Made by a program: the position numbers and the translations under genes. From Thermoplasmata archaeon (lineage in GTDB: Archaea > Thermoplasmatota > Thermoplasmata > RBG-16-68-12): a stretch of DNA of 64,000 nt. The DNA lies in NCBI GenBank assembly GCA_035283365.1, contig DATETY010000008.1, positions 1-64,000 of the forward strand, written 5' to 3'. Under the pieces are notes generated by a model, which was given only the letters and a program-made list of their open reading frames with translations, was not told the DNA's origin and searched no databases. Below, in pieces: positions 56,362-64,000 of the stretch (the first letter of the stretch is position 1; each line of letters starts with the position of its first letter).

Positions 56362-57222
56362 GTGGTCATCCTCGTCCGGTTCGGCGAGCTCGCCCTCAAG
56401 AGTCGCTACGTGAGGCGGCAGCTCCGGGATCGGCTCGTGGCCAACATCCAGGACCGGTTCGCCGCGGAGGGCGTCGAGTGCGTGACGGAATCGGACGAGG
56501 CGCGAGTGTACGTGCATACGGCGGATCCGCCGCAAGCGCGGGGCCTGCTCGCCCGGGTCTTCGGGATCGTCTCGATGAGCCCCGCGACGGAGACGCGGAC
56601 GGATCCCGGTGCGCTTCGCGACCTCGCCGTCCTCGAGGCGACCCGCGCGCTGTCGCCCGGGAAGGCGTTTGCGCTCCGGACCCGGCGCGTCGGGACCCAC
56701 GCGTTCACGAGCCAGGACCTCGCCCGCGACATCGGTACGGCGGTCCTCGCCGCGAACCCGGGCGTCCGCGTGGACCTCGAGGAGCCCGACGTCGAGATCC
56801 ACATCGAGGTGCGGCAGAGCCGCGGCTTCGTGTTCCGGGAGATCTGGCCGGGGCCGGGGGGGCTCCCGCTCGGGAGCCAAGGGCGAGCCTTGGCCCATGT
56901 GGACGGCGAAGCGGGGATGGTCGCCGCGTGGATGGGGATGAAACGAGGATGCCGGGTCGTCGTCGCGGCGCCAGACGAAGGTCCCCACGTGGACGCCCTC
57001 CGGCGGTGGGACACGCGTCTGAAGGTCCTGCGGGCCATGTCGCGGAAGGACCTCGAGGAACTCGTGCGGATCGCGCGCGCCGAGGCCGTGTTCCTCGGGA
57101 CTCGATGGAGCGGGTTCACGGAAGGCTCGAGGCCGGCCGTGCCCGTGCCCGTGTTCGAGCCGACCGTGGGCCTCACGGACGCGGAGGTCGCGGGCCTCGC
57201 GGCCACGATCCGGTCCGCGTGA
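56362..57222 (+). CDS. THUMP-domain ThiI-like protein with a degenerate PP-loop (probably inactive as an ATP pyrophosphatase)
   Basis: ThiI-like N-terminus VILVRFGELALKSRYVRRQL. Where ThiI has LLSGGIDSPVAAYLxMKRG this protein reads LAHVDGEAGMVAAWMGMKRGC. Only 286 aa. Confidence 0.6.
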   Translation: MVILVRFGELALKSRYVRRQLRDRLVANIQDRFAAEGVECVTESDEARVYVHTADPPQARGLLARVFGIVSMSPATETRTDPGALRDLAVLEATRALSPGKAFALRTRRVGTHAFTSQDLARDIGTAVLAANPGVRVDLEEPDVEIHIEVRQSRGFVFREIWPGPGGLPLGSQGRALAHVDGEAGMVAAWMGMKRGCRVVVAAPDEGPHVDALRRWDTRLKVLRAMSRKDLEELVRIARAEAVFLGTRWSGFTEGSRPAVPVPVFEPTVGLTDAEVAGLAATIRSA

Positions 57223-57224
57223 GC

Positions 57225-57887
57225 TCACTTGCCCTTCCGCTCGTGGGCGCCGATGCTGGGCCGGATTTTCTCGGCCCCCTTGCCCTTGTACAGGAGCCCC
57301 CGGCCCTTCTTGCCGGCGGACGTGAGCCCGCGGAACGCGCGGCCCCGATGGGAGGGGTCGCAGATCCAGTTGATCTTCGGGTCCGCCCGGATCACGGGAT
57401 GCCGAGGGTCCACGAGGACGACTTCATAGTACTTGTGGCCGCCGTCTTCCCCGACCCAGTACGAGTTGAGGACCTCCATGTTCGGATGCCGTTTCGCGAC
57501 CCGCTCCTCGGCGATTCGCTGGATCGACTTCGCCATCGTGATCTTGAGGAGGCCGCGGCGCTTCGGTTTCCGCCCCCCCATCGGATGAGGTTTCCGTCGG
57601 CCACCCCGGCGCACCCGGGCCCGGACGACCACGTAGCCCTGCTTGGCCCGGTACCCGAGCTCCCGGGCCCGGTCGATCCGGGTGGGTCGGTCGAGCCGGA
57701 CGAACGCGGGACCCCGGCGCCATTCGACGAGGCGGTGCCACTGGGTCTCCTCGACGACCCCCGTGCGGGGGTTCCTCCACGCCCGTTTCACGTACGCGTA
57801 CAAGTTCCGCGGTCGGGGAGGCGCCTTCGCCTCGTCCTCGCCCGCGATGCTGGGCTCCGGTGCCGGAGCCGCTGGTTCCTCGGCCAT
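57225..57887 (-). CDS. rpl15e: 50S ribosomal protein L15e
   Basis: [13 protein letters not shown]...[50 protein letters not shown]. Confidence 0.9.
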   Translation of the reverse strand: MAEEPAAPAPEPSIAGEDEAKAPPRPRNLYAYVKRAWRNPRTGVVEETQWHRLVEWRRGPAFVRLDRPTRIDRARELGYRAKQGYVVVRARVRRGGRRKPHPMGGRKPKRRGLLKITMAKSIQRIAEERVAKRHPNMEVLNSYWVGEDGGHKYYEVVLVDPRHPVIRADPKINWICDPSHRGRAFRGLTSAGKKGRGLLYKGKGAEKIRPSIGAHERKGK

Positions 57888-57976
57888 CGTGCCACCCCCC
57901 TGGATTTACGGATTCGCCCGAAGGTACATCTCCCGACCAGGGCCGCTGAAAGCGGCGTGCCAAAGGGGGAGGACTA

Positions 57977-58408
57977 TTAAACGGTTTGGCCGCGGGCCGG
58001 CCTTCGGCGAGGGGACCCGCGACCGGTCCGTCCGTTGCCCATCTTCCGTCCGTACTCGTACGATTGGCGAATGAGCCGGTACGCGCGGTCGACGCCGTCC
58101 GCGGATCGGATGTCGAACCGGGACCGGAACCAGCCCCAGCCCTGTGTGCTCGGGGCCTTGCGGGCGAGCCCTCCCGGGTCCCGGAGGTCCCGCGGAAGAG
58201 GCAGGATGAACACCTCGACTCGACCGCGCAGCGGCCGGACCTCCGCAAACACGCGGCCCGACCGCTCGCTCCGCCAGGCGACCCAGTGCGACCCGATTCG
58301 GACCGAGATTCGGTCCCCGCGTTGGTCACCCAGGCCCCGGAGGCGCCCCGCGAGGCCCGTCACGATCGCCCTCGACCCGTCACCCGCTCGATCCATCGCG
58401 TCTCGCAT
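57977..58408 (-). CDS. hypothetical protein (143 aa), overlapping the 3-prime end of the methyltransferase gene
   Basis: Clean ORF co-oriented with the MTase and overlapping it by 29 nt. No motif recognised. Confidence 0.4.
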   Translation of the reverse strand: MRDAMDRAGDGSRAIVTGLAGRLRGLGDQRGDRISVRIGSHWVAWRSERSGRVFAEVRPLRGRVEVFILPLPRDLRDPGGLARKAPSTQGWGWFRSRFDIRSADGVDRAYRLIRQSYEYGRKMGNGRTGRGSPRRRPARGQTV

Positions 58409-59165
58409 CGACCGACCCCCGTTCCTCGCCCTCCTTCCGGAAGAGGAAGAGGAACTTGAAGCCCCGTAGGAAGAAGTTGTACCGCCGGGCCCGGTGCTCC
58501 CACATCGGGGATCGAGACCGGTCGTGGTGGCGGACGAGGACGACCGTGTCGATCGGGACGAACGAACGGGTCAGGCGCTCCCACAGGCGGAAGCCGACGG
58601 GCGTGTACGCGCCCCGGCGGTATTCGTCCGAGACGATCCACGCGAGGACGCCGGCGGATCGCAGGACGCGGTGCGCCTCCGCAGCGACGCGGTCCATCTC
58701 CACGTAGAACCGGGGATCCCGGCACGAAATCCGGCCCAGGCAGCGGGGGTCCTCGCTATACCGCACGTTGTCCGAGTAGGGCGAGTCGATCACGGCGAGG
58801 GCCGCGACGCGGTCCCGGATCGGGCAGGCCCGCGCGTCCGCGCGCGCGATGTCCGACCCCCGCGGCGCGAGGTCGAGGGACACGACCCGCCGGCCCAAGG
58901 CGCGGGCCACATCCCCCACGGTACCGGAGCCCGCCATCGGATCGACGACGAGCTCCCCGGGGAGCGTGTAGCGGCGGACGAGGTTCACCACGCACCCGGC
59001 GGGAGTCACTCCGTTGAACGCGGCGTCACCGAACCGAACTTCCGAGGACCCCTGGTCCGCGAAGTCCCAACAGGTCGTCGGCTCGAGGTCCACACGCCCC
59101 AACGCGTCCCATGCCTCCGGCGCGATCCCGATCCCCGCCTCACGATCGGCACGCGCAAGCGCCAC
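58380..59165 (-). CDS. DNA methyltransferase, N6-adenine/N4-cytosine type (beta class)
   Basis: SAM motif VVDPMAGSGTV. Catalytic DSPY motif (LAVIDSPYSDN) follows it, the order typical of beta-class N4/N6 MTases. Confidence 0.7.
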   Translation of the reverse strand: MALARADREAGIGIAPEAWDALGRVDLEPTTCWDFADQGSSEVRFGDAAFNGVTPAGCVVNLVRRYTLPGELVVDPMAGSGTVGDVARALGRRVVSLDLAPRGSDIARADARACPIRDRVAALAVIDSPYSDNVRYSEDPRCLGRISCRDPRFYVEMDRVAAEAHRVLRSAGVLAWIVSDEYRRGAYTPVGFRLWERLTRSFVPIDTVVLVRHHDRSRSPMWEHRARRYNFFLRGFKFLFLFRKEGEERGSVDARRDGSSG

Positions 59166-59353
59166 GTCGATGAGAGGCCCGCGCAGGTACTTGACTCAAT
59201 CCGGCGGAGGGAGGTCCGCGAAAGTGAAAATCCGCCTCGGCCAAGGAGGATCGGGCCCGCGCGGACGGGCTTCTCGTTATCCGAATCGACGTTCACGCCG
59301 ATGGATTTATTACGGCTCGGCGGGGAACCGGGCGGGCCTCCGGGAGATGGTGC

Positions 59354-60736
59354 ATGAACCGTTCCGTTCGCTTCGGGATCGTGTGGCTTGTCGCGGCAGC
59401 CGTCCTGGCCTCGGGCCTCGTCGCGCTCCCGCCAGCCCGGGCCGCGGACATCTCGGACCGCCTCGTCGAGGCGCGCGGCCCGACGGACATGCTCGGGGGC
59501 GGGGAGTACCTGTTCGTTCGGTTCGGCGCGGACGCCGCGTTCGGGGTCATGTGGGGGAATGCGTCGACCCCGAACCACGTGTACATCATCGCGATCAAGG
59601 CGAGGTACCTCGGGGTCGCGCAGGTGTTCGACCAAGCGGGCCGCGAGGTCACGCGCAACTATCCGATCAAGATCTACACCCTGTACGCGCTCCGGCTCGA
59701 CGGCCTCGTCGAGTTCTGGGACGCGAACGGGGACGGCCTCGCGAACTACCGCCGAGGCTACGACGGCCAGAACTTCACCTGGTACTCGGAGACGGAGGAC
59801 GTCTCGAAGCGGACGGACCTCCGGACGGGATGGACCCCCGGGAATGTCACGCGCACCTCGGGCCCCGGGGAGCGGAGCTGGGCGTTCAACCTCACCGCCG
59901 CAAACCTACCCTACGTCGGCGTGAACAACACGGTCGTCTCGAGGGGCGACAACATCCTCAACGAGGTCCAGTTCACCTTCCACCTGCGCGCGTCGCTCGA
60001 AGACATCGACAACGCGACCGTGCCGAACTGGCGCGTGACCGTGGATACGTCGCGGGCCCGGCCCGTCGTCGTGGACTTCGAGCGGCTCGAGGACCTCGCG
60101 TTCCGCGGGAAGGTCGCGCGGTATTCGGCGAAGTGGGACCAGCGGATCTCGGGATGGGACTTCGACCCGGGCCCGAACCGGCGCCTCCTCCTCGAATTCG
60201 CCTCCGTGGTCGGGAACGTGATCCCGCTCGGGGGCGCGGGCTGGGCGGACGAGGGCTACCTCGGGCGGGCGAACGAGACGGGCCAGGCGCGCTACGAGAC
60301 CGCGTCCGGCAACGAGACGGCGAACGAGACCTCGGACCTGAGCGCGCCTCGCCTCGTCCGCAGTCCGTACCTCGACTTCGGAGGGAACTGGACGCGGATC
60401 GCGCGGTTCGCCTGGGTCACGGACAGCACCGTGGACGGGGCGACCCAGCCCCTGTACGGCCAGGTGTTCGCGGGACGGCGGATCCTGGCGCGGGGCGAAG
60501 CGGGTTCCCTGTTCTCCGGGTTCATCCTCCTGGGTGGCCTGAGCTACGCGGAAGGGGCGGAGATCGTCCATGACCCGGACGTCTCCCTCGATGTCCTCGC
60601 GGAGCTCGACCTCGGGGTGGGCACGGGCCTCGTGATCCTCGTGGCCACCGTGGTCCTGGGGTTCGTCGCGATCGGCCTCGTCGGGTTCGTCCTGCGGGCC
60701 CGCCGGAAGCGACCGAAGCCGCCCGCGTACCCGTGA
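59354..60736 (+). CDS. secreted glycoprotein candidate with an N-terminal signal peptide and a C-terminal TM anchor
   Basis: Signal peptide MNRSVRFGIVWLVAAAVLASGLVALPPARA. More than ten N-x-S/T sequons (NAS, NFT, NVT, NLT, NNT, NAT, NET x3, NWT). C-terminus GLVILVATVVLGFVAIGLVGFVLRARRKRPKPP. Confidence 0.7.
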   Translation: MNRSVRFGIVWLVAAAVLASGLVALPPARAADISDRLVEARGPTDMLGGGEYLFVRFGADAAFGVMWGNASTPNHVYIIAIKARYLGVAQVFDQAGREVTRNYPIKIYTLYALRLDGLVEFWDANGDGLANYRRGYDGQNFTWYSETEDVSKRTDLRTGWTPGNVTRTSGPGERSWAFNLTAANLPYVGVNNTVVSRGDNILNEVQFTFHLRASLEDIDNATVPNWRVTVDTSRARPVVVDFERLEDLAFRGKVARYSAKWDQRISGWDFDPGPNRRLLLEFASVVGNVIPLGGAGWADEGYLGRANETGQARYETASGNETANETSDLSAPRLVRSPYLDFGGNWTRIARFAWVTDSTVDGATQPLYGQVFAGRRILARGEAGSLFSGFILLGGLSYAEGAEIVHDPDVSLDVLAELDLGVGTGLVILVATVVLGFVAIGLVGFVLRARRKRPKPPAYP

Positions 60737-60751
60737 CCGGGCACCCGGCCG

Positions 60752-61711
60752 CTACGCGCGCGTCCTCGCGGGGACCGGTCCCACGAGCCTGCGGACGGCG
60801 GCCTCCACCGGATAAGGCCGGGCACGGTCCCGGAGATGGAGGGCCGCGCACCCGTTCGAGAATCGAAGCGCATCCCGCACGGCATCCCCTCGTAGCCGGG
60901 CCACGACGAACGCCGCGTTGAACACGTCGCCGCATCCCGTCGGGTTGTCCGGCCGCGAAGGGAACGCACGGCTCGCGACGATCTCCGAGCCTCGGACCCA
61001 GACGGCCCCGCGGCTGCCGCGGTGGAGGACGACCTCCTCCGCGCCGAGACGGCACACGGCCTTCGCGGCCCGGATCGGGTCCGCGACGCCCGCGATGGCC
61101 TTCGCCTCGGACTCGTTGCAGAAGAACGTCGTCACGCGGGAGAGGGACGAGCGCACGCGGTCCACGCGATCCTCGGGCCAGCCGTGCGGATCCGTCGCGA
61201 TGTCCAGGGACGTCGTCGCGCCGGCCCGTCGGGCCCGCGCGAGGATTCGAGCCGTCGGGAGGCCTTGCAGGAGGGTCGTCCACCAGAACCCGGCGCGGTG
61301 CACGTGGTCTGCCCCCGCGAAAGCGGTCCGAGGGACGTCCGCCTCCCGGAGGGACCCGTTCGCCCCGGGTGCCGTGATGAGGATCCTCGAGCCGTCCTCG
61401 CGCGCGATCGCGGTCGTCGTGCCCGTGGGCCGCGCGTCGTCCACGCGGAGGATCGCCTGGACACCGCGGGACGCGTATGTCTTCCGCAGAAACTCCCCGA
61501 ACGGGTCCGCGCCCACGCAGCCCACGAACCGTACGCGGGCCCGCAACGCGGCCGCCTGCAGGGCGAAGTTCGTCGCGTTGCCTCCCGCCAGGAGGGACAC
61601 CCTGGGCACGATGAGCTGGGCGTCCCCGCGCGGGAGCGATCGCACGGGAGGCGTCGCGACGTCCACGATCGCGTCTCCAACCGCGACGACGACGGGCCGA
61701 ACGCGGGGCAT
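60752..61711 (-). CDS. PfkB-family carbohydrate kinase
   Basis: Ribokinase-like fold. C-terminal DNPTGCGDVFNAAF (the GAGD motif region). ATG at 61711. Confidence 0.75.
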   Translation of the reverse strand: MPRVRPVVVAVGDAIVDVATPPVRSLPRGDAQLIVPRVSLLAGGNATNFALQAAALRARVRFVGCVGADPFGEFLRKTYASRGVQAILRVDDARPTGTTTAIAREDGSRILITAPGANGSLREADVPRTAFAGADHVHRAGFWWTTLLQGLPTARILARARRAGATTSLDIATDPHGWPEDRVDRVRSSLSRVTTFFCNESEAKAIAGVADPIRAAKAVCRLGAEEVVLHRGSRGAVWVRGSEIVASRAFPSRPDNPTGCGDVFNAAFVVARLRGDAVRDALRFSNGCAALHLRDRARPYPVEAAVRRLVGPVPARTRA

Positions 61712-61713
61712 CC

Positions 61714-61854
61714 TCACGCCTTCCAAAGGCCCTGCCGTTTGAGCGCCTCGACGACGAGCTTGTAGTCCGCGGGCCGCCCGCAGCGCGGGCAGAAGAGCGA
61801 CCCGTGCGCGTCACGCGTCGGGTCGGGCCCCTCCCAACCGCAGAAACGGCACAC
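61714..61854 (-). CDS. tiny zinc-ribbon protein (46 aa) directly downstream of polB
   Basis: GTG at 61854 after GGAGG. Protein MCRFCGWEGPDPTRDAHGSLFCPRCGRPADYKLVVEALKRQGLWKA, with CxxC...CxxC. Confidence 0.45.
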   Translation of the reverse strand: MCRFCGWEGPDPTRDAHGSLFCPRCGRPADYKLVVEALKRQGLWKA

Positions 61855-61871
61855 CGCGTCCTCCGGGCCCG

Positions 61872-64000
61872 TCAGAAGAAGTCCTCCAGGGTGAGATGCC
61901 GGTCCGTCTTCGCCGGCGCCTGGGTTGGGGAGGGCTCCTCGAACGTCTCCCCGAACAGGGTCGCCTGCTTCGGAGCCAGGTTGCCCGTGTACAGGGCCTT
62001 CTCGTCCCAGCCGTAGATCTCCGTCACATACGCGAGGGTCTGCGCGACCCGCCGCGCGTAGTAGTCCCAGTCCGGCAGGCCCTCGAACGGTCGGCCCGAC
62101 ACGTAGGGCTGGACGTCCATCGGGGTCTTCTTCGCGTCCACGACGATCCAGGAGACCTTCATCCCGGGGACGACCTCGTGGCCCATCGCCTTGAGCTTGT
62201 TCGCCGCCTGGACGTTCGCCATCGAGTCCGGGTTCACGTACCGGGACTCGTCCCGGACGGTCCGCGAGATCACGAGCGGCTCGAGCGGGACACCCTCCTC
62301 GGGCTGCAGGTCCTCCGGGATGACGCCCGTTCGCACCTTCTGGACCACGTCTCGCGCGAACGCGATCGCCCGGTCCGTCTCCTTGTCGAGGATCATCGCG
62401 AACACGCGCTTCTGGGCCTCGCTCTGCAAATCGAACGCGTCCGTCCGCCGGATCTCGTACCCTCGGACGATGAGCTCCCCGGGGATCGGCCAGGCCGTCT
62501 TCGCCGCGTACCGCTTCTTCTTCCCGTGGCTGAAGAACGTCTCGAGGACCCGCTCGAACTCCATGTTCACGCTGCCGTGGCTGAACCGCTCCGCGATCGT
62601 CCGCCCGAACTCGCGGGTCTTCTCCAGGTCCTTGTGGGGCGACTCGAAGAACACGCTGTCCGTGTCCGCGTAGATGACCCGGACGCCCTCCTTCTCGAGC
62701 TGCTCGATGATCCCCTTGATGTTCTCCCGGGCGAACGCCGTGATGCTCGCCCCGATCTGGGGGTTCGTGAACCGATAGAACGACGACGCGAGGACCCCGT
62801 AGAACGCGTTCATCAGGATCTTGATCGCGAACTGGAGCCGGTCGTAGTACGCGCGCCGGTCCGCGTCCTTCTCCGTCTTGAGCCGGGCCTTGACCTCGCG
62901 ACGCTCCCGCATGAGGGATTCGAGGATCGCCGGGAGAAGCCCGACCCGCGCGGTCTTGTCCAGGAAGCGAACGCCCGTCGGGCTCACGACCGTGCCCTTC
63001 TCGTTGAGGGTCGTGAAGCAGATGTTGTTCTCGATGATGATCGAGGGGTACATGGACGTGAAGTCGAGGACGGCGACCCACTCGTACAGGCCGGGCTCGA
63101 GGCTGTGGACGTAGCCGCCCTCGATGGACGGCTCCCCGCGGCCCTGCCGGGTCATCGGGACGCCGAACCCTCCGCGGTCCGCGGCCCGGATCAGGATCGA
63201 GTCGATCATCTGGGACGTCCGCCCGTTGAGGACGTCGTCGAGGGGAAGCTTCGACACGACCGCGAGGTCCATCGACTTGTCGATCCGGGAGACCTTCTCG
63301 AGGATCCGCAGGGCGAGCTCCGCGTCCTTCTTGCAGTACGCGATCACGCGATCCCGGTTCTCCGCCCATTCGCGGTCCATGTTCCGGCGGTCCACGTCCT
63401 CCTGCTTCCCCTCGTTCAGGAGCCAGCGCGCGACCGCGTCGAGGGTCTCCTGCTTCGGGTGGAGCTCGAGCTTCACGGACCACCACGCGTCCGCGATGAT
63501 CCGCCCGTGGGCGCGCCAGAACCGGTCGCCGATGTTCGTGATCGACTGGCCGTCCCTCGAGAGGGGGAGCCCCGGGATCCCGCGAGCCCGGGCGCGCTGT
63601 TCGAGGACGGGCAGGTCGTACCCGTCGATGTTGTATCCCGTGATCACGTCCGGGTCGAACTTCGCGACGAAGTCGATGAACCCGCGGACGATCGCGGACT
63701 CCTCGCCGACGAGGCAATCCGTCCGGAGGGCTCCTCCCTCCCGCCATGCCATCCCGAGGCACAGGAGCGTCGGATCCTGGATCGTGTTCTCGATGTCGAA
63801 CGACAGGATGCGGAGGACCGGGTTGAACGGCTCGATGGGCTCGAAGCGTTCCGCCCGCACGACGATCTCCGTCGTGTACCGACCCCGCGACTCCGCGAGG
63901 ACGCCCGTCACCCGGAAGCAGGAGGGCAGGTCGTGGTCGTAGATGAACCGGTGCGCGAACGGGATGTCCGCCGCGAGGACCTCGGACTTGAACCGCCGAC
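61872..64000 (-). CDS. polB: family-B DNA polymerase, 5-prime-partial (N-terminus lies beyond the window end)
   Basis: Exo I ILSFDIE. Motif A VLDFTSMYPSII. Motif B KILMNAFYG. Motif C YADTDS. The frame stays open upstream of the GTG at 63911 (…DIPFAHRFIYDHDLP…), resembling the conserved archaeal PolB N-terminal region. The gene therefore runs off the window. Confidence 0.85.
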   Translation of the reverse strand, partial: RRFKSEVLAADIPFAHRFIYDHDLPSCFRVTGVLAESRGRYTTEIVVRAERFEPIEPFNPVLRILSFDIENTIQDPTLLCLGMAWREGGALRTDCLVGEESAIVRGFIDFVAKFDPDVITGYNIDGYDLPVLEQRARARGIPGLPLSRDGQSITNIGDRFWRAHGRIIADAWWSVKLELHPKQETLDAVARWLLNEGKQEDVDRRNMDREWAENRDRVIAYCKKDAELALRILEKVSRIDKSMDLAVVSKLPLDDVLNGRTSQMIDSILIRAADRGGFGVPMTRQGRGEPSIEGGYVHSLEPGLYEWVAVLDFTSMYPSIIIENNICFTTLNEKGTVVSPTGVRFLDKTARVGLLPAILESLMRERREVKARLKTEKDADRRAYYDRLQFAIKILMNAFYGVLASSFYRFTNPQIGASITAFARENIKGIIEQLEKEGVRVIYADTDSVFFESPHKDLEKTREFGRTIAERFSHGSVNMEFERVLETFFSHGKKKRYAAKTAWPIPGELIVRGYEIRRTDAFDLQSEAQKRVFAMILDKETDRAIAFARDVVQKVRTGVIPEDLQPEEGVPLEPLVISRTVRDESRYVNPDSMANVQAANKLKAMGHEVVPGMKVSWIVVDAKKTPMDVQPYVSGRPFEGLPDWDYYARRVAQTLAYVTEIYGWDEKALYTGNLAPKQATLFGETFEEPSPTQAPAKTDRHLTLEDFF

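Noticed and set aside
61855-63762. 682-aa alternate-frame ORF overlapping polB
   Set aside because: polB motifs A, B, C and Exo I are all in the other frame. Only the last 46 codons of this ORF, after the polB stop, are retained as a separate Zn-ribbon call.
1-64000. Integrase, transposase, prophage or CRISPR-Cas content
   Set aside because: I looked for DDE or tyrosine-recombinase motifs, terminal inverted repeats and cas-like genes and saw none. The only mobility-related signal is the tRNA-Thr fragment repeat.

Overview
GC-rich (roughly two-thirds G+C by eye) chromosomal segment, about 64 kb, almost certainly from an archaeon. The evidence is a thermosome, a Cdc48/VCP AAA ATPase, ribosomal protein L15e, a family-B DNA polymerase, a JAMM/MPN protein, and a tRNA gene carrying an archaeal-type anticodon-loop intron. 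Genes are densely packed on both strands. I call about 55 CDS, two tRNAs (an intron-containing Thr-GGU and a Leu-CAG), and an intron-less 3-prime fragment of tRNA-Thr. Functional blocks, from left to right: (1) an ArsR-SRPBCC regulator sitting between the tRNA-Thr fragment and the full tRNA-Thr, which looks like an old tRNA-targeted integration scar; (2) BHMT-like methyltransferase, FAD oxidoreductase, Rqc2/NFACT homolog, HtpX; (3) glnA divergent from an Lrp/AsnC regulator; (4) Zn-ribbon, NfeD, flotillin, PRC-barrel; (5) Cdc48, a bactofilin-like protein with an N-terminal SHOCT-like segment, and a divergent HTH-SHOCT regulator; (6) one co-oriented heat-shock block: thermosome, Hsp20, GrpE, DnaK, DnaJ; (7) IMPase/FBPase-family gene overlapping NAD kinase, then a JAMM protein; (8) GlmM, GlmU-like, GT4 glycosyltransferase; (9) tRNA-Leu followed by an anomalously AT-rich ~170-bp island; (10) class-III aminotransferase, aldehyde dehydrogenase and a PotA/PotBC/PotD-like ABC transporter, plausibly polyamine uptake and catabolism; (11) the most unusual part of the window: four tandem, co-oriented genes (38.6-52.7 kb) for giant secreted or anchored proteins. 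They share a large Trp/Tyr/Asn-rich domain (about 500 aa) that I cannot place in any family I know, combined with 2, 1, 0 or 17 PKD domains and, in one case, four PEGA-like repeats; (12) saccharopine-dehydrogenase-family protein, MFS and TauE/SafE transporters, a ThiI-like THUMP protein with a degenerate PP-loop, L15e, a DNA methyltransferase overlapping a small unknown ORF, a sequon-rich glycoprotein with a C-terminal TM anchor, a PfkB kinase, a tiny Zn-ribbon protein and a polB gene truncated by the window end. No CRISPR array, integrase or transposase was seen. Many long Arg/Gly-rich ORFs in the six-frame track are antisense or alternate-frame artefacts of the high GC content.
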